A DNA stretch of 62,245 nt, counting the filler, from Rhabdomonas costata (Eukaryota): assembly GCA_019059605.1 (NCBI GenBank). It is 28 parts of 28 records of this genome, joined end to end, with 100 filler letters (N's around TTAATTAATTAA, not from the genome) between each part and the next. Parts side by side here need not be neighbours in the genome. Positions count along the whole stretch, not along the records: positions 13,376 to 15,504 come from JAHMHO010005434.1; positions 15,605 to 17,733 come from JAHMHO010005435.1; positions 17,834 to 19,960 come from JAHMHO010005436.1; positions 20,061 to 22,187 come from JAHMHO010005437.1; positions 22,288 to 24,413 come from JAHMHO010005438.1; positions 24,514 to 26,640 come from JAHMHO010005439.1; 22 more parts are not named here. One strand, 5' to 3'. Positions within the stretch are counted from its first letter, which is position 1. Every line of letters begins with the position of its first letter. This document shows positions 14,923 through 26,740 of the stretch, piece by piece. The position numbers and the translations under genes are program-made. The notes below the pieces were generated by a model. The model worked only from the letters and a program-made list of their open reading frames with translations, made no database searches and was not told the origin of the DNA.

Positions 14923-15604
14923 GGATGGTTTCTCACGATCCACGCCTTCACGCTTCTTCTCCCTTTCGGGCGAATCTTCTGCCCTCCTTTCTCTGGCTTT
15001 TTACCCTTTGCATTCCCAAAAGAAGAAGGTCTTACTCGTACGGCAGCTTCGCGCAGCCCCGGCTTTCGCTGGGATGCGCTGATGATGGCTGAGCTGTGTC
15101 GCAGACATTTGTTTGGTGGTGATCGTCGATCGGGAAGAGTCTTCGGTTTTCTGTCGCTTTGTCGTGATGAGGGGAGGGTTATGACCTGAGGACAGTCATC
15201 TGCCATGACATGTCATGTTCATTGTGAATCATGGTCATGACCTGACCTGAGCTGATGACAGTCAACCATCATTCAAAGGGTGCGATATGTTCGTGGGAGG
15301 TTTTTCCCATCCACGATCGGAGTGCGCAGAGATTAAAGCCATGACAAAGGACGATGGAAGACGATGGCCCACTGACGCCTACCGCGGACTCAATGCGTGA
15401 CCTTTTTTTGGGGTGCTTCGCAACAAAAAGGGGGCGGCCTGGCCATCGAAAATTTTCTGGATGTTTTTTTGTCACGGACACCACCAGAAGAAACACAAAC
15501 AAAANNNNNNNNNNNNNNNNNNNNNNNNNNNNNNNNNNNNNNNNNNNNTTAATTAATTAANNNNNNNNNNNNNNNNNNNNNNNNNNNNNNNNNNNNNNNN
15601 NNNN

Positions 15605-17200
15605 GGTTTGTGGGTTATGGTATCTGCTTCTGTTATGTTAGCCGTGTGTCTTGGTGGACTTCTGGAGTGAAGTGGAGTGGTGTCTGGTGCCGATGGGTGC
15701 ATTGGTATTGCTATGATATGTTGTGGTGCTTCAGTGGGTCTTGCGTTCGTGGTGGTTTCTTCTCTGTATCTCCTATGTGTGGTGTTGCCTTCTGCTGTGG
15801 GTTTCTGTGTGGTATCGGGGTTCTATTCTATCAGTCTTTGCACTCTCAAGTATGCCTTCATGGGTTGTTGGCGTTGGTGGTCTCGCGTGCGCGTGTTTGT
15901 GTAGGGTATGCTGGTTGTGTTGCTGGAGGTGTTGTGTATGCTGGTGTTGGTGTCGGTTTCGTTGGCTAGGTTGTGTTGGAGAGTTTGGGGCCTTGGTGTG
16001 GGGATTTGGTATGGCATGGAGTGTGTTGGCATTTGCTACGTGTGCGCGTGCGTTCTTCTTATGGTAGGGTATTGATGTGAGAGTAAGGGTGAAGTTCTGA
16101 GTCGTAGTCGTAGGTTGTTGCTGTATTTGTTGGAGGAGGTGTCAGGTTCTGTGTCTGGTTCTTTGTCTGTATCAACCATGACGAGTCTATGTTGGTTCCT
16201 TGTCTGTGGGTAGATTTTTTTTGTGTCAAGTTGTGTCTGTTTGCGTAGGATGTTTCAGGATGGTCGTTGTTTTGTGGTTCGTGCTGTCGTTGGTGTTGCT
16301 GGTCGGAGGGTCGTTGGTGTGTTGGTATTGTAGTGAGGATGTCAGGATGTATTTGTATCGCTAGTGGTGTGTTTGTGTCTGGTAGTGTGGGCTGTTGGTG
16401 TGTGCTTTACTTGATGTAGGCTTCTGTTAAACATTCTCTCTCTCAACAATGCTCTCTATCAACCATGATCTCAGTCTACCGTGCTCTCTGTCTTTGTCTC
16501 TACCATACCATGCTCTCTGTTTCTGTCTCTGTTCGTAGTGGTCTTGTGGGTTCCTGCGTGTGTTTTCTTCTTATTCTTCTTCTGTGTCTGTGTCTGTGTC
16601 TGTAGGTAGGTGTTAGCTGTAGCTTAATGGTAAGGTGTTGTTGGTGTCACTGTTTATGGGTTCATGGCTAGTGAGTTGTAGCGTATTGGTAGCGTTAGGG
16701 TTATGGCGTGGGGCTTTGGGTGTTGGTGATTGTGGCTTTGCTGGTGTAGTAGGGTCATGGTGTTGGGTGTCAGTGTCCTTGTTTATGTCTCTTGTGTTTG
16801 TGCGTAGGATGTGGCGTTGTTGTTTGGCTGGTGTTGGAGGGTGGGTGTTGGTGTTGTGTTGAGGGTCATGCTGTGGTTACGTGGTGCTGGTTTCATGCTG
16901 TGGTTAGGGTGTGGTTGTCTGGACGTCTGGTGTTGGTTGGTTGATTGATGGTTATGTCGCGGTATGATGTCTGACGGTTCTAGCGCCTTATTAGTGTATG
17001 GTGTTCTTGCTTCTTGGGGTGGTTCTGTGTCGAGGGGTATCTGCGAGAGGGGTTGTGTGCGTATTTACGACCAGGTGTATTCATGTTCTAAGGCCTCTTT
17101 TTATTCGCATATGTGGTGCCTGCCATGTTCTACTACGCCGGGTTCCGCGCTACGCTAAGACCCATGCTTTCTGACAGACGCATGACACGCATGACATGAC
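15605..17200. other. G/T-skewed low-complexity tract, probably an amplification or read artefact
   Basis: Strong A/C depletion on +, no periodic unit, no spliceable ORF, starts at a contig end. Confidence 0.6.
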
Positions 17201-17231
17201 GAGGGATAATGTGTGATGTCGATCTGATGCG

Positions 17232-17733
17232 TCATTCCCCAAGAATGATGGTTTGTCGGTCCACCGCTACACGCTTCTTGTCACACGCCGTGCCATTTAG
17301 CAGGTTGATTCCCGTCACAAACTGCTGGTGGTAGAACTGGAATTTCCCGTCCGTCATCTTTAGCTGTTCCATTCTCCGCACGACGTTGTAATCCCAAGTC
17401 TGAGGACACAGCCTTTTCTTTAACGTTTCCACAAAATCTTTCCAGTCCACAAAGGTCTGACCTGGCGCCACTATACCTCTTGCGAAGGAGCCAAGTGCTC
17501 CCGTGGCGTAAACTATAGCAACTTGACCTGGCGACATCTTTTAGCTCTTCGACGCTAATCAACCAAGGCAAGAAATTGGCTTTGTTACCGTCGTATTTCG
17601 GGAACTCCGGGTCTTTTTCTTGAAGCTTCCGCAACACGCCTCCAATTGGGTCTGTCTGTCCGTCTGCCGCCGCTGGTGCTGGTGCAGAGGAACTGCTCGG
17701 TAATCCTGCAGTCACCCTCTGCAGTAACACCCC
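17232..17733 (-). mobile_element. gag: Degenerate LTR retrotransposon (Ty3/gypsy-like) gag capsid fragment with a frameshift near 17540
   Basis: PEFPKYDGNKANFLPWLISVEE / VAIVYATGALGSFARG...DWKDFVETLKKRLCP...RRMEQLKMT...FYHQQF follows the retrotransposon Gag pattern (P..F/YDG...W...W..F...L..RF...L.Q/M...Y...F). Intronless and split across two frames. Confidence 0.75.
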
Positions 17734-20132
17734 NNNNNNNNNNNNNNNNNNNNNNNNNNNNNNNNNNNNNNNNNNNNTTAATTAATTAANNNNNNNNNNN
17801 NNNNNNNNNNNNNNNNNNNNNNNNNNNNNNNNNGTTGGGTGTGTTAGGTGTTTTCTTTGTTTCGTGACCTGTTTTTGTTTTAGCTTATCCTTTCTCCCCC
17901 AAGCTTCGTGATTCAGAACACTTGCGCCAAAGCACGTGACTGGCCTGCAGGCTTCCTCTCCCGCTTGTCGACATGATGCACACACACACACACCCTCCCA
18001 ACGCTTCTTCTTCCCTTGCCTGTTTTTCTCTCTTTCTGTGCTATCCTGTCGTCGGTTATCACTGCCTTCCCTTTTTTTCTCACTCGGATGCGTGCGTGAC
18101 ACATGCTTCAAGTTCAAGCATGAATTCCTTCTGTCCTTTTGTATGTGTCTTTCCTTCGGACTTCAGCAGGAAAGTCTCCACTCGGCTGATCAGAGATGAA
18201 AGGAAGACCCCATTGTTTTACTTTCTCTCAGCCCTGCAACAGCCATTTTGATGATGCGATGCTTCCTCATATTTGTGTTTCTTGAGCTCTGGTTTTCTTT
18301 GGCCGCCCCAGCACTTGGGACTTCGTTTCCCCCAGTTGCAGGAGCGACAAGGTATGTGTACGGGTTCCCACATTGCCCGTGACTTGAAATGACACGAAAT
18401 GTGACTGGTGGGGCTTCAGGAGATACTGTTGCATCAATCGCTTAGATGTACGCACATATGGGGAGGGTGGGTGCAAGCAGGGGTTCTTCGAAGATCATCG
18501 GGATCTTTGAAAGTGCGTAATGGACGGGGTTTACGTGTACACAGCTGACCTAATGTCAGCTTTTCACGCCTTTCCCCAAAACCAATTTTGCGCCTGAACA
18601 CGTTGAACAAACGGCTTTTCTCAACCTAACATTGCCCAAAATGAAAAACTACAAATTTTTTTTTGAAAAAACATTTCCTGCTGGTGATATTTGGACTACC
18701 TGTTGTCTTATTGCAATTCTGTTGTGGCTGTGTTGGCGGATTGCGTGGCTGGTAACATTTTCCGAGAATAAATTCCAGTGCTCCAGAAACTCCATACGTT
18801 TTCCGTAGTGGTTGGCAATAAAGAAAACTGTCAGAACGTAAATGTTGTATCTGCAGTTTCGAGAGTTTGACTTATGCGCCCAAACTTTGACGACATCTGA
18901 CACTGGTCCTTCCACTTCTGAAGATCTATTAGCACTCCCTCTTCGGCAGGATGCGCCCGAGCGTTTTGACATGGAGCAACGCCCTTGAGCAGGACCATTC
19001 TCACCCCAAACTCCACGAGACAAACAGTAGCAGACGCCGCGTAGCTTGCCCGGGCGGTTTCCACGTCCGTGTACATCTTTACAATGGCCCCATATATGGC
19101 CGTTCTTGGGGTATGCGGGGGAGTATGTCCCCCGTTTGTCCAGCGCACCACAGGAGAAGCGCGACGAACGCAAAAGAAAAAAATCAAAAGGCGAGACAGA
19201 AAAGAAGACGGGATGACTGCAGAAGCAAGGACATGCCAAAGGCGACCGTGTTTTTGCGGGACACGACTCCTTGCTCCGTTGGACGGACAATCGGGGCATG
19301 ATCTGTACACCCACCCCACGTACCCCTTCCTATTTCAAACACATTCACACAATAAACAAAAAAGGAGAGCTGGGAACGTTGCAGCACTATTCAAACCACA
19401 CGGGATATTCCAGCAGAGGCCACGACAAAAGAAAGACACGTCTGAAATAGCCAAGCCAAACACCCACGCTGCGAGGGCACAAAGGGCACAAAGCAGCAGC
19501 TGTGTTGGCCAGCGTCGAGGAAGCCCACCTCTTGTCTTGCCAACAACACAACATCCACAAAACCAAACATTCAAGGCAAAATGCATCTATTCTCACGCAA
19601 GACGCGCGAACGGTTGCGGTTCCTTATGAAAGCGAAAACTAGCCCTCGTCTGCACAGCACAAAAAGGAAACGCGGTAACCACAGGGGGCGCCTTCGAGGT
19701 CTCCTACGGCCGGGCCGCAGCGGGATGAACGGCGGCGGCGGCGGGGGCCATGGCGTGCTCGTCGCATTGGCACTCCGTACACACGGGCTGCCGAGAGGAC
19801 TTGTCCCGGCCGCACCCCGCTACAGGACACCGGTGGACTGCGCACAGGGAGGACCCGGAGACGACACGTCCCGAGCACCCCGGAACGCCCCGGTGGGCGC
19901 ACGCAAGTGGGATCGCACCCGCAGCCCTGGGGTGCACCAAATGGGAGTGACACCAAAAACNNNNNNNNNNNNNNNNNNNNNNNNNNNNNNNNNNNNNNNN
20001 NNNNTTAATTAATTAANNNNNNNNNNNNNNNNNNNNNNNNNNNNNNNNNNNNNNNNNNNNGTGTTGGGGTGTATCAGGGTCATTAGCCCAAACGAGTAAT
20101 GCCTCTTCTCTTTTTATCTGTTCACAACACAG

Positions 20133-20351
20133 GCCCGCCGGCTGGCCGCCGAGGAGGGCATCCTCTCGGGGATCAGCAGCGGCGCCGCCGTGGTGGCTGC
20201 GCTGAAGCTGGCCCAGGACCCGCGGTTCCAGGGCAAGACCATTGTGGCGGTGCTTCCGGACAGCGGGGAGCGGTACCTCAGCTCGGCGCTGTACGACACG
20301 CCGGAGTTCAAGAAGCTGGAGACGGCTAACGCGGCCAGTGGGGTGCTGTAA
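20133..20351 (+). CDS. cysK: Cysteine synthase (O-acetylserine thiol-lyase), terminal exon
   Basis: cag|[54 protein letters not shown]...*, the typical CysK C-terminus. Confidence 0.93.
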   Translation, partial: ARRLAAEEGILSGISSGAAVVAALKLAQDPRFQGKTIVAVLPDSGERYLSSALYDTPEFKKLETANAASGVL

Positions 20352-21876
20352 AGATCTGGGCATTGAATTGTAGTTTCGCAGCGGAGGGTGCCGGTGGATG
20401 GGATGGCGGAATCGCCCTCTCTTCCTCCACTGTGCATTCTCTTCGGGTTGTTGTAGTGTGTAATTCACGTTCTTTTGCAGAGGTATTGGGCCAAATTCGG
20501 CCCGTTCTCTTTCTCCTGCTCTTCTGGTAAACTCGGAGAGCAGGCGGGGGTCTAGGGGCTCTATCTCCCGATCCACCCCTGCCCACGCTGATGATCTTTC
20601 GATGGCGGGCTCACACAGGTTTTGCCGAGCAGCCTGAAGTACAGTAGCTTGAATGCGAATTGTTTGGGAGCTGCTAACCCCTTCCACTGGGAGTTCTACA
20701 GACGAGCTTTTGGCAAAGGTTGGCGTGATATTGCTCTTGCACTGTGATGCATTCGGTGGGTCAACAAAAACGAACCTGAACAAATTCCGTAGGCGGCGCC
20801 TAATGGATTCCCTTAAATGAACATTGGAGGCATTTGTTCCCCGGTGGTAAATACATACAGGTGCTAACTATTCTGTGTCAGGGATCCAAAAATCCAAACA
20901 ACCCTCATAAGATTTTTGCGCAAGGTCAATGGTTAGGGAGGTTTGGATCAGAACGCCTATTTAATCCCTTCAGCAATACCCCCTGGCTGCTATGGGTACC
21001 TGTGTGTGCCCCCCTCCCCGGAAAAAGCACCTTCAATCGTAGTGTCGTTCGATCTTCCTTTCTCATTTTCAATGGGCAACCGCTACCACTTTCCTTTGGG
21101 GACGTGAAGCGATGCCTGCCTCTCCTACCCCATCCACTTACCTCGGAGAATCTACAATCGTTTCCTCAGCTGCGCATTTCTGTGCAGCCGAGGGCTGATC
21201 TTCTTCCTCTCATATCGCCTTGCTCGGCTTCTTCTCCCGAGGGCGTGGGTGGAAACTCTGTCACTGTTAGAGCGCTGCAGCCGTTGTTGCCTCCGCTCTT
21301 GGCTCTTCTTACTCGGCTGGATTATGGGTGTACTGGCGGGGACCTCGTTCTCGAGTTATCGAAGCCAAAAGGTTAAAAGATATATGTTCAAAAGGGTAAG
21401 AGATACCAAACGTCCAATCACGGGGCATGGGGCACTATTGAAATAGCATGACTCAGCACGGCCTGTCATATCTTGGGGGAACAAATTCTGGAAAGATGAA
21501 GCGAATCGAGCAGGTTGTATGAGGAAATGGGTGCCCGTGGCGGTTACATCTCTGGCGGGTGGGGGAAAGGCCCCGCCCACCAGACGAACCCAAAAAGAGC
21601 TAAGCTACAAGCACGATTCTTAAGATCATGATCGCCTGCACCGCAATTAGTCCAATTACATCCCTGGGAGCAAGTTCCCGATTCTCGGTTCACACATTTT
21701 TCCGAAGTTCATTGTCAGGTCTGGGAACAATTCCATCACCACGGGGGATCGGTTGGAATGCTGAAGACTCGGGGGATGTGCACTCCGGAGGTGCAGTTTA
21801 AACCCATGAGAGCGCAGTCCTGGAAGTGGACCTCTGCACACAGCTGGTCTGTAGACACCTGTGTGTTGTGAACCCC

Positions 21877-21909
21877 AACAACAGCAGCAGCAACAACAAT
21901 AACAACAAC
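21877..21909. repeat. (CAA/CAG)n trinucleotide tract
   Basis: caacaacagcagcagcaacaacaataacaacaa. Confidence 0.8.
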
Positions 21910-23438
21910 GGGAGCACTTGCATTTGGGATGTCGACCTCATCGCCCGTGAAGCAATGAGCAAAATGCAGCCGAGATTTCGCCCGTTGTCCTTTTCTTCAC
22001 TTTAGGACCAAGTCCTTTTCTGATTTTTCTCCTATTTTTCCTTCTTTCTCTTACCTTCCTCTTTCCCTCTGCGTAACCGTGGAAAATGGACAACGGCGGG
22101 GAGGAGGTCGCTCCTGCCAGCCTGCTCTCGTTTTCCTCCACTGCCTCCGAGCCCACCCCTAGAACCCTCCCTGAGGCCACACCAAAANNNNNNNNNNNNN
22201 NNNNNNNNNNNNNNNNNNNNNNNNNNNNNNNTTAATTAATTAANNNNNNNNNNNNNNNNNNNNNNNNNNNNNNNNNNNNNNNNNNNNCAAGTGTCGCGAG
22301 GGCAAAAAAAGATGAGCCTCCTGCTTATTACTTTTAGAATTTGGGGACGGGGGACGAAACAAGACCCAGACCCAAACCAGCGAATTAAGTCAATTAAGCG
22401 GTGGGGCCGGCCACATTGACCTGCATCAGTGGAGGAGTATAAGCACTACCGAGCTTTAAGACGTCCTAAAGATAACATTAAAAAAACATCTTGGAGAGTT
22501 GGGAAGTACAAGGGCTGGGCATGGTGCTGCAGCTTCAGTTCAGTCTCTAATCAGGATAAAAAGGATAGAACTCTCCGCTTGTCTTTTTCACTTCAAACTG
22601 AATACTGCGTGCTTCTTCACGAGGGGAACGCCACTTATTGGACCCCACTTTGCGCGCTTTGAGGCTCCCCCGCAGGGGTAATAATCAATGGTCATAGCCA
22701 ATACCAATGTCCTGGAGGGAAAATACTGCGCTATTATTTATTTTTTCTTTTCTGTCCTCACAGCCGAAAGCAGCGTCAGGGTTTCTATTATGCATGGGGA
22801 GGGCGGAAGGGTACGGCAGGTGCTGATTGAGAATGCCAAATGGGAGTGGTCCGATTGTTGCAGTGGTTGCAGTTGGGGTCCTGCGAACTGCGAAGGGGTC
22901 GAAGGAGTCCCGGCTTGAAGCACCGGTGTGTCAGCAAGGAGGTGCGGGCTTGGGTGTGCGCGTCCTGCAACGGGTCAGCGAGGCTTGTGAGACGTGACCC
23001 GACGTTGTTCACCTCTGGTCTCTCTTATCACGGGAGAGCATCCTCAAAGGCTTTTCGTTAGCGGAAAAAACATTGTTTTTTTTTTGAAGGTGTGCGTTGG
23101 AGCTAGGTCAATCATCAGTCTTGCCGAGCGTTTGAAGCCCCCGGTTATTATTAATGTAATCACAGCAATGTCCATTGGTTTGTACCACTGGGGGGGAGGG
23201 GAGAAAGGTTTGCAGAGCGTTTGAGAAGAATATTTCTGTCAAAATAGGATTGTTGTTGGTTTGGTGATTGATATCTGTGGAGTTTCCCAACTGTTCAGGA
23301 CTTATTCAGAGGCTCCAAGCCGCAACCCAAAGGATACGAGTCCCAAACACCTTTTTCCATGGCATTGAGTGGGAAGTGTTTTCGTTTCGTTTCTTTTGGG
23401 CTCGCACAAGCGATTATTTCGTTTTCATGTGTTGCACC

Positions 23439-24024
23439 ATGCCATCCCTGCGATGCACCGGTCCATGGTGCACGCTTTTCTTCGTATCGGCTCTCGCAAT
23501 CCCCCGAACCGCGGCCTCTGCCGAAGTTTTGTTTACCCCGGGGCTTGTCGTAAAGTCCCTGACCGCCCTTCTGCCGGCCCCATCAGGGGTGTCCGCAGCC
23601 CTGATTTCTTTGGCGTGGGCCTCGTTCACGGCCGGGCTGCTCGCCGCACTGAGCCCCTGCGTGCTTGTTGTCATTCCCTTGGTGGTTTGCCGTTTTGCCG
23701 CCCCTCGGTGTCATTCTCCCTCTCGGGAGGAGCCGGAAAAGCCTCACTTCGGACCTCAGTCCCCTGTGAGGCATTCCGTGAGTGAGGTCTCCGTGGTGGT
23801 GGATAGCTACGACCAGATGGCCAGCGGGACCCCGGTTGGCACTTCTGGGTCTGGGACATCTCTGCCCGCAACGGGCTCCACGGGGTCCCACTCACCGTGT
23901 GGAGTTGTCCGGGGGCGCGAGAAGGACGGGACGCGCAGCACGGCCTCGGTGGCGATGTTTTGTGCCGGATTTGTGGCTACCCACACAGGCTTCGGGGTCG
24001 CGCTGCGGTGGATCGCTTCTTCGG
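23439..24024 (+). CDS. ccdA: CcdA/DsbD-type transmembrane electron transporter, first exon
   Basis: N-terminal hydrophobic stretch, then AWASFTAGLLAALSPCVLVVIPL (conserved SPC helix), a Ser/Pro/Gly-rich insert, and AMFCAGFVATHTGFG (second TM). Donor GTACGC at 24025. Confidence 0.65.
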
Positions 24025-24615
24025 GTACGCAGAGGGAGTGTTGTCCCGCTTCCTCATTATTTCGCTTCCTTGTCCTTCGGTTCACCTTTCCTGTTTTGTG
24101 CAGGAAACCCACAGTGCGCCAATAGCAGCTGCCAGTGGGTAGATTACAATTAAGATTCAAGATTAAGGCCTCTCTCTCAGGCGTCAGATTATTCAGCTCC
24201 TCATCTCAGAGTTCACACCTTTCACGTCACTTACACTCTCTCGACCTACAAACATTGATTTCTTCCTACTGACCCTTTGCAAGACTTCGCGTACACGCCA
24301 GACCCATGATCCACATAATCATGGAAAAAACCAGCTTTTTTGGCCACAACACTGTGGTTGCAACGTACCCTAACCCTAGGTAAGTTGCCGGGGCGGAGCC
24401 CCCCCCCACACCCNNNNNNNNNNNNNNNNNNNNNNNNNNNNNNNNNNNNNNNNNNNNTTAATTAATTAANNNNNNNNNNNNNNNNNNNNNNNNNNNNNNN
24501 NNNNNNNNNNNNNGTGGGTGTTTCATTACAAACCATGGCTGACAGGGGCAGTGCACGAGAAGGCTTTCACGACGCTTGCACTCAACCGGGAGAGATCAAG
24601 TGAATACACGGATTC

Positions 24616-25098
24616 TCAATGGCAAGGGGAAACACAACCCGAAGCAAACCAGGTGGTCGGCATGTCGGACGGGGAAAGGTGGTTGAAGAAGTCGCAGGAC
24701 ACGAGCGGCAGTGTCTTGGAAGATCCACCTCCAATCACAGATAAGTTCGCACTGTGCTGCGACCTCGGCACCTCCGACACAGGAGAGCGGTTGGAGACAG
24801 CCTCAGGACCAGGCGGGGTAGCCAAACCCCCCGGGGATGTCAAAGCACTGGGGGGTGGCCTTTGAAGTGCAGCAGCAGTCTGGGAAGCATCACGCTGGGT
24901 GCCGGTGCCGGTAGGATTGGCTGTGACTGCAGCGTTGGCTGGGACTATGGGTGGTAGGGGTGAGTGGACAACCAGGGGGGTACTTGCCACCGCCAGAGGT
25001 CGAGCCCCACGCAGAGCAGGCCCCGGCGCGAAAAACAGGAACACCAAGGAAAGAGCCAGGGCTGGGAACACCAGAGGGGAGGGAACCGCCCAAACCAT
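24616..25098 (-). CDS. Hypothetical signal-anchored protein with a Pro/Thr/Ala-rich stalk
   Basis: 160-aa ORF starting at ATG with a hydrophobic N-terminus (LVFPALALSLVFLFFA). No domain recognised. Confidence 0.35.
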   Translation of the reverse strand: MVWAVPSPLVFPALALSLVFLFFAPGPALRGARPLAVASTPLVVHSPLPPIVPANAAVTANPTGTGTQRDASQTAAALQRPPPSALTSPGGLATPPGPEAVSNRSPVSEVPRSQHSANLSVIGGGSSKTLPLVSCDFFNHLSPSDMPTTWFASGCVSPCH

Positions 25099-25606
25099 CC
25101 TTCATCCCCACCAGAGTAAAAAGCAATAAAGTCTGCAACATTAGCAAAAGAAGGAGCTATACGTGAGGCAACAGCTGAAAGTTTCCTGGAGGAGAGTTGT
25201 GTGCACCAAAACCAATCGGTGTGGCTGTGAGTACAGTTCCAGTTACTGTAACGAGAAAGCCCAGGGCGGATTGGAGGGTTGTTGATACCTCCCGCCATAT
25301 CATCCTGTGAAAGGTAACCCGCTCTGCAACAAAAAGAGCAACCATTTGGGGCTTTTCTTCGCTGCGTATTCTGCATCACATCGCTGGAAGCCCGATCAGC
25401 TCCAACACCTCGCACACCGGCCCTCGACACTCCGCACACCTCCGAGCACAAGCAAGCACAAGCACAAGAACATCTCAAGCATGCGCACATGAAAGGTGCG
25501 AACAGCGGGACACGGAGCAAGTAATGCCCTATGCAACATACTACACTAGAGGAAGCACATGAGCCCACCACAAAGGGCAGGTGACACAGGTGGCACAATC
25601 CGGCCG

Positions 25607-26525
25607 CTACAAGGTTGTGGAAAAGGTGCACTGATGCGCCTTGCCTGGGTTATGCTTCAGCAGGTACATCGCCAGGAAGTCGATTGGGTTCTCTGGTCTG
25701 CACACCAGTTCACAGAATAGCAGGCGATATTTTCAAGATGGCCAATAAAATGAGACTCACTGCTCGGTCCATTGCAGTAGGCAATATTTCCAAGATGACC
25801 AATAAAAAGGGACTCACTGCTCGGTCAATAACTTTTTGTGACCGCTGCTGCAAATAGGCAAATACAGAAAGGAATGTCAGTAGGATGCAGTATCACAAAG
25901 GAACACACAAAGGCATACAACCCCGGAATGCAGGCTGTGCGCTGCCGAAAATCCGACCAGTGCCCTAGCCCTTTTTTTAAAGCTATTGAAGGAAAGACTT
26001 TTCGCTTGCGAAGCTGACGAAGGGATGTACCTTTCTGCCACCAAAGCTTCGAGACCTTGAAGCACCACCGGGACGACGGTACGCTCCAAGTAGGTTCGGG
26101 TGGGAAGTTTCTCCAGGCCCGCTTCGGTCTGGGGAGAACCCTCAGCAGCTGCGCGCGGTGCAAAACGGACTCCAGGCAATCACCAGGGACGGGACCACCA
26201 GAAGAATCAAAAACCCGGTGGATGGTGGATGCACACCTTAAACCAGAACTGGTACCCTGAGCTGACCTGCCAAAATTTACACAGAGGCGAACTTTCTAAT
26301 TCTGTGAAACACCGACGAAAGCCTTGGCTGCATTCGATGTTTGTCGTATTCGCATCCAGGTTGCTTCCGTTGACGTCGAGTGACTTAAATGCGTTTCACT
26401 GTTCACTTGTGAAAGGGCAACGGAGAACGCAAGTCAGCAGCTGTACCAGGTGAGGCAGCTTGAGAGCCTGAAATGGAGGCCATTGCCGCGAGAACCGAAG
26501 CGGAAACCTCTGAGCTCACCGCCAT
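25607..26525 (-). CDS. DPY30: DPY-30 domain protein, apparently complete (exons 26525-26447, 26148-26031, 25697-25607)
   Basis: MAVSSEV...ASP|AAEGSPQTEAGLEKLPTRTYLERTVVPVVLQGLEALVAER|PENPIDFLAMYLLKHNP..., the Dpy-30 motif. GT-AG introns in phase. Confidence 0.9.
25721..25826. repeat. Two-copy ~57-bp tandem duplication in DPY-30 intron 2
   Basis: caggcgatattttcaagatggccaataaaatgagactcactgctcggtc vs taggcaatatttccaagatgaccaataaaaagggactcactgctcggtc. Confidence 0.9.
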
Positions 26526-26740
26526 TCCAGCGATTGCACTCCCCACACCAGCCAAACGACAGCAAAGTGCAGCAAAAAATACGACCGCAAGCGGAACAGT
26601 ACGGCAGGAAGGCTGAAAGGGGGCAGGAGAACCCCCCAACNNNNNNNNNNNNNNNNNNNNNNNNNNNNNNNNNNNNNNNNNNNNTTAATTAATTAANNNN
26701 NNNNNNNNNNNNNNNNNNNNNNNNNNNNNNNNNNNNNNNN

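Noticed and set aside
15610..16862. Val/Cys/Gly/Trp-rich ORFs (also 49074-49668)
   Set aside because: By-products of G/T-skewed low-complexity sequence with few stop codons.
18831..19940. ORFs on this contig, including a Cys-rich GC-rich segment at 19704-19940
   Set aside because: No consistent splice model or recognisable domain.
24368..24379. Telomere-like ccctaaccctag (similar at ~40194 and ~8945)
   Set aside because: At most two units, not an array.
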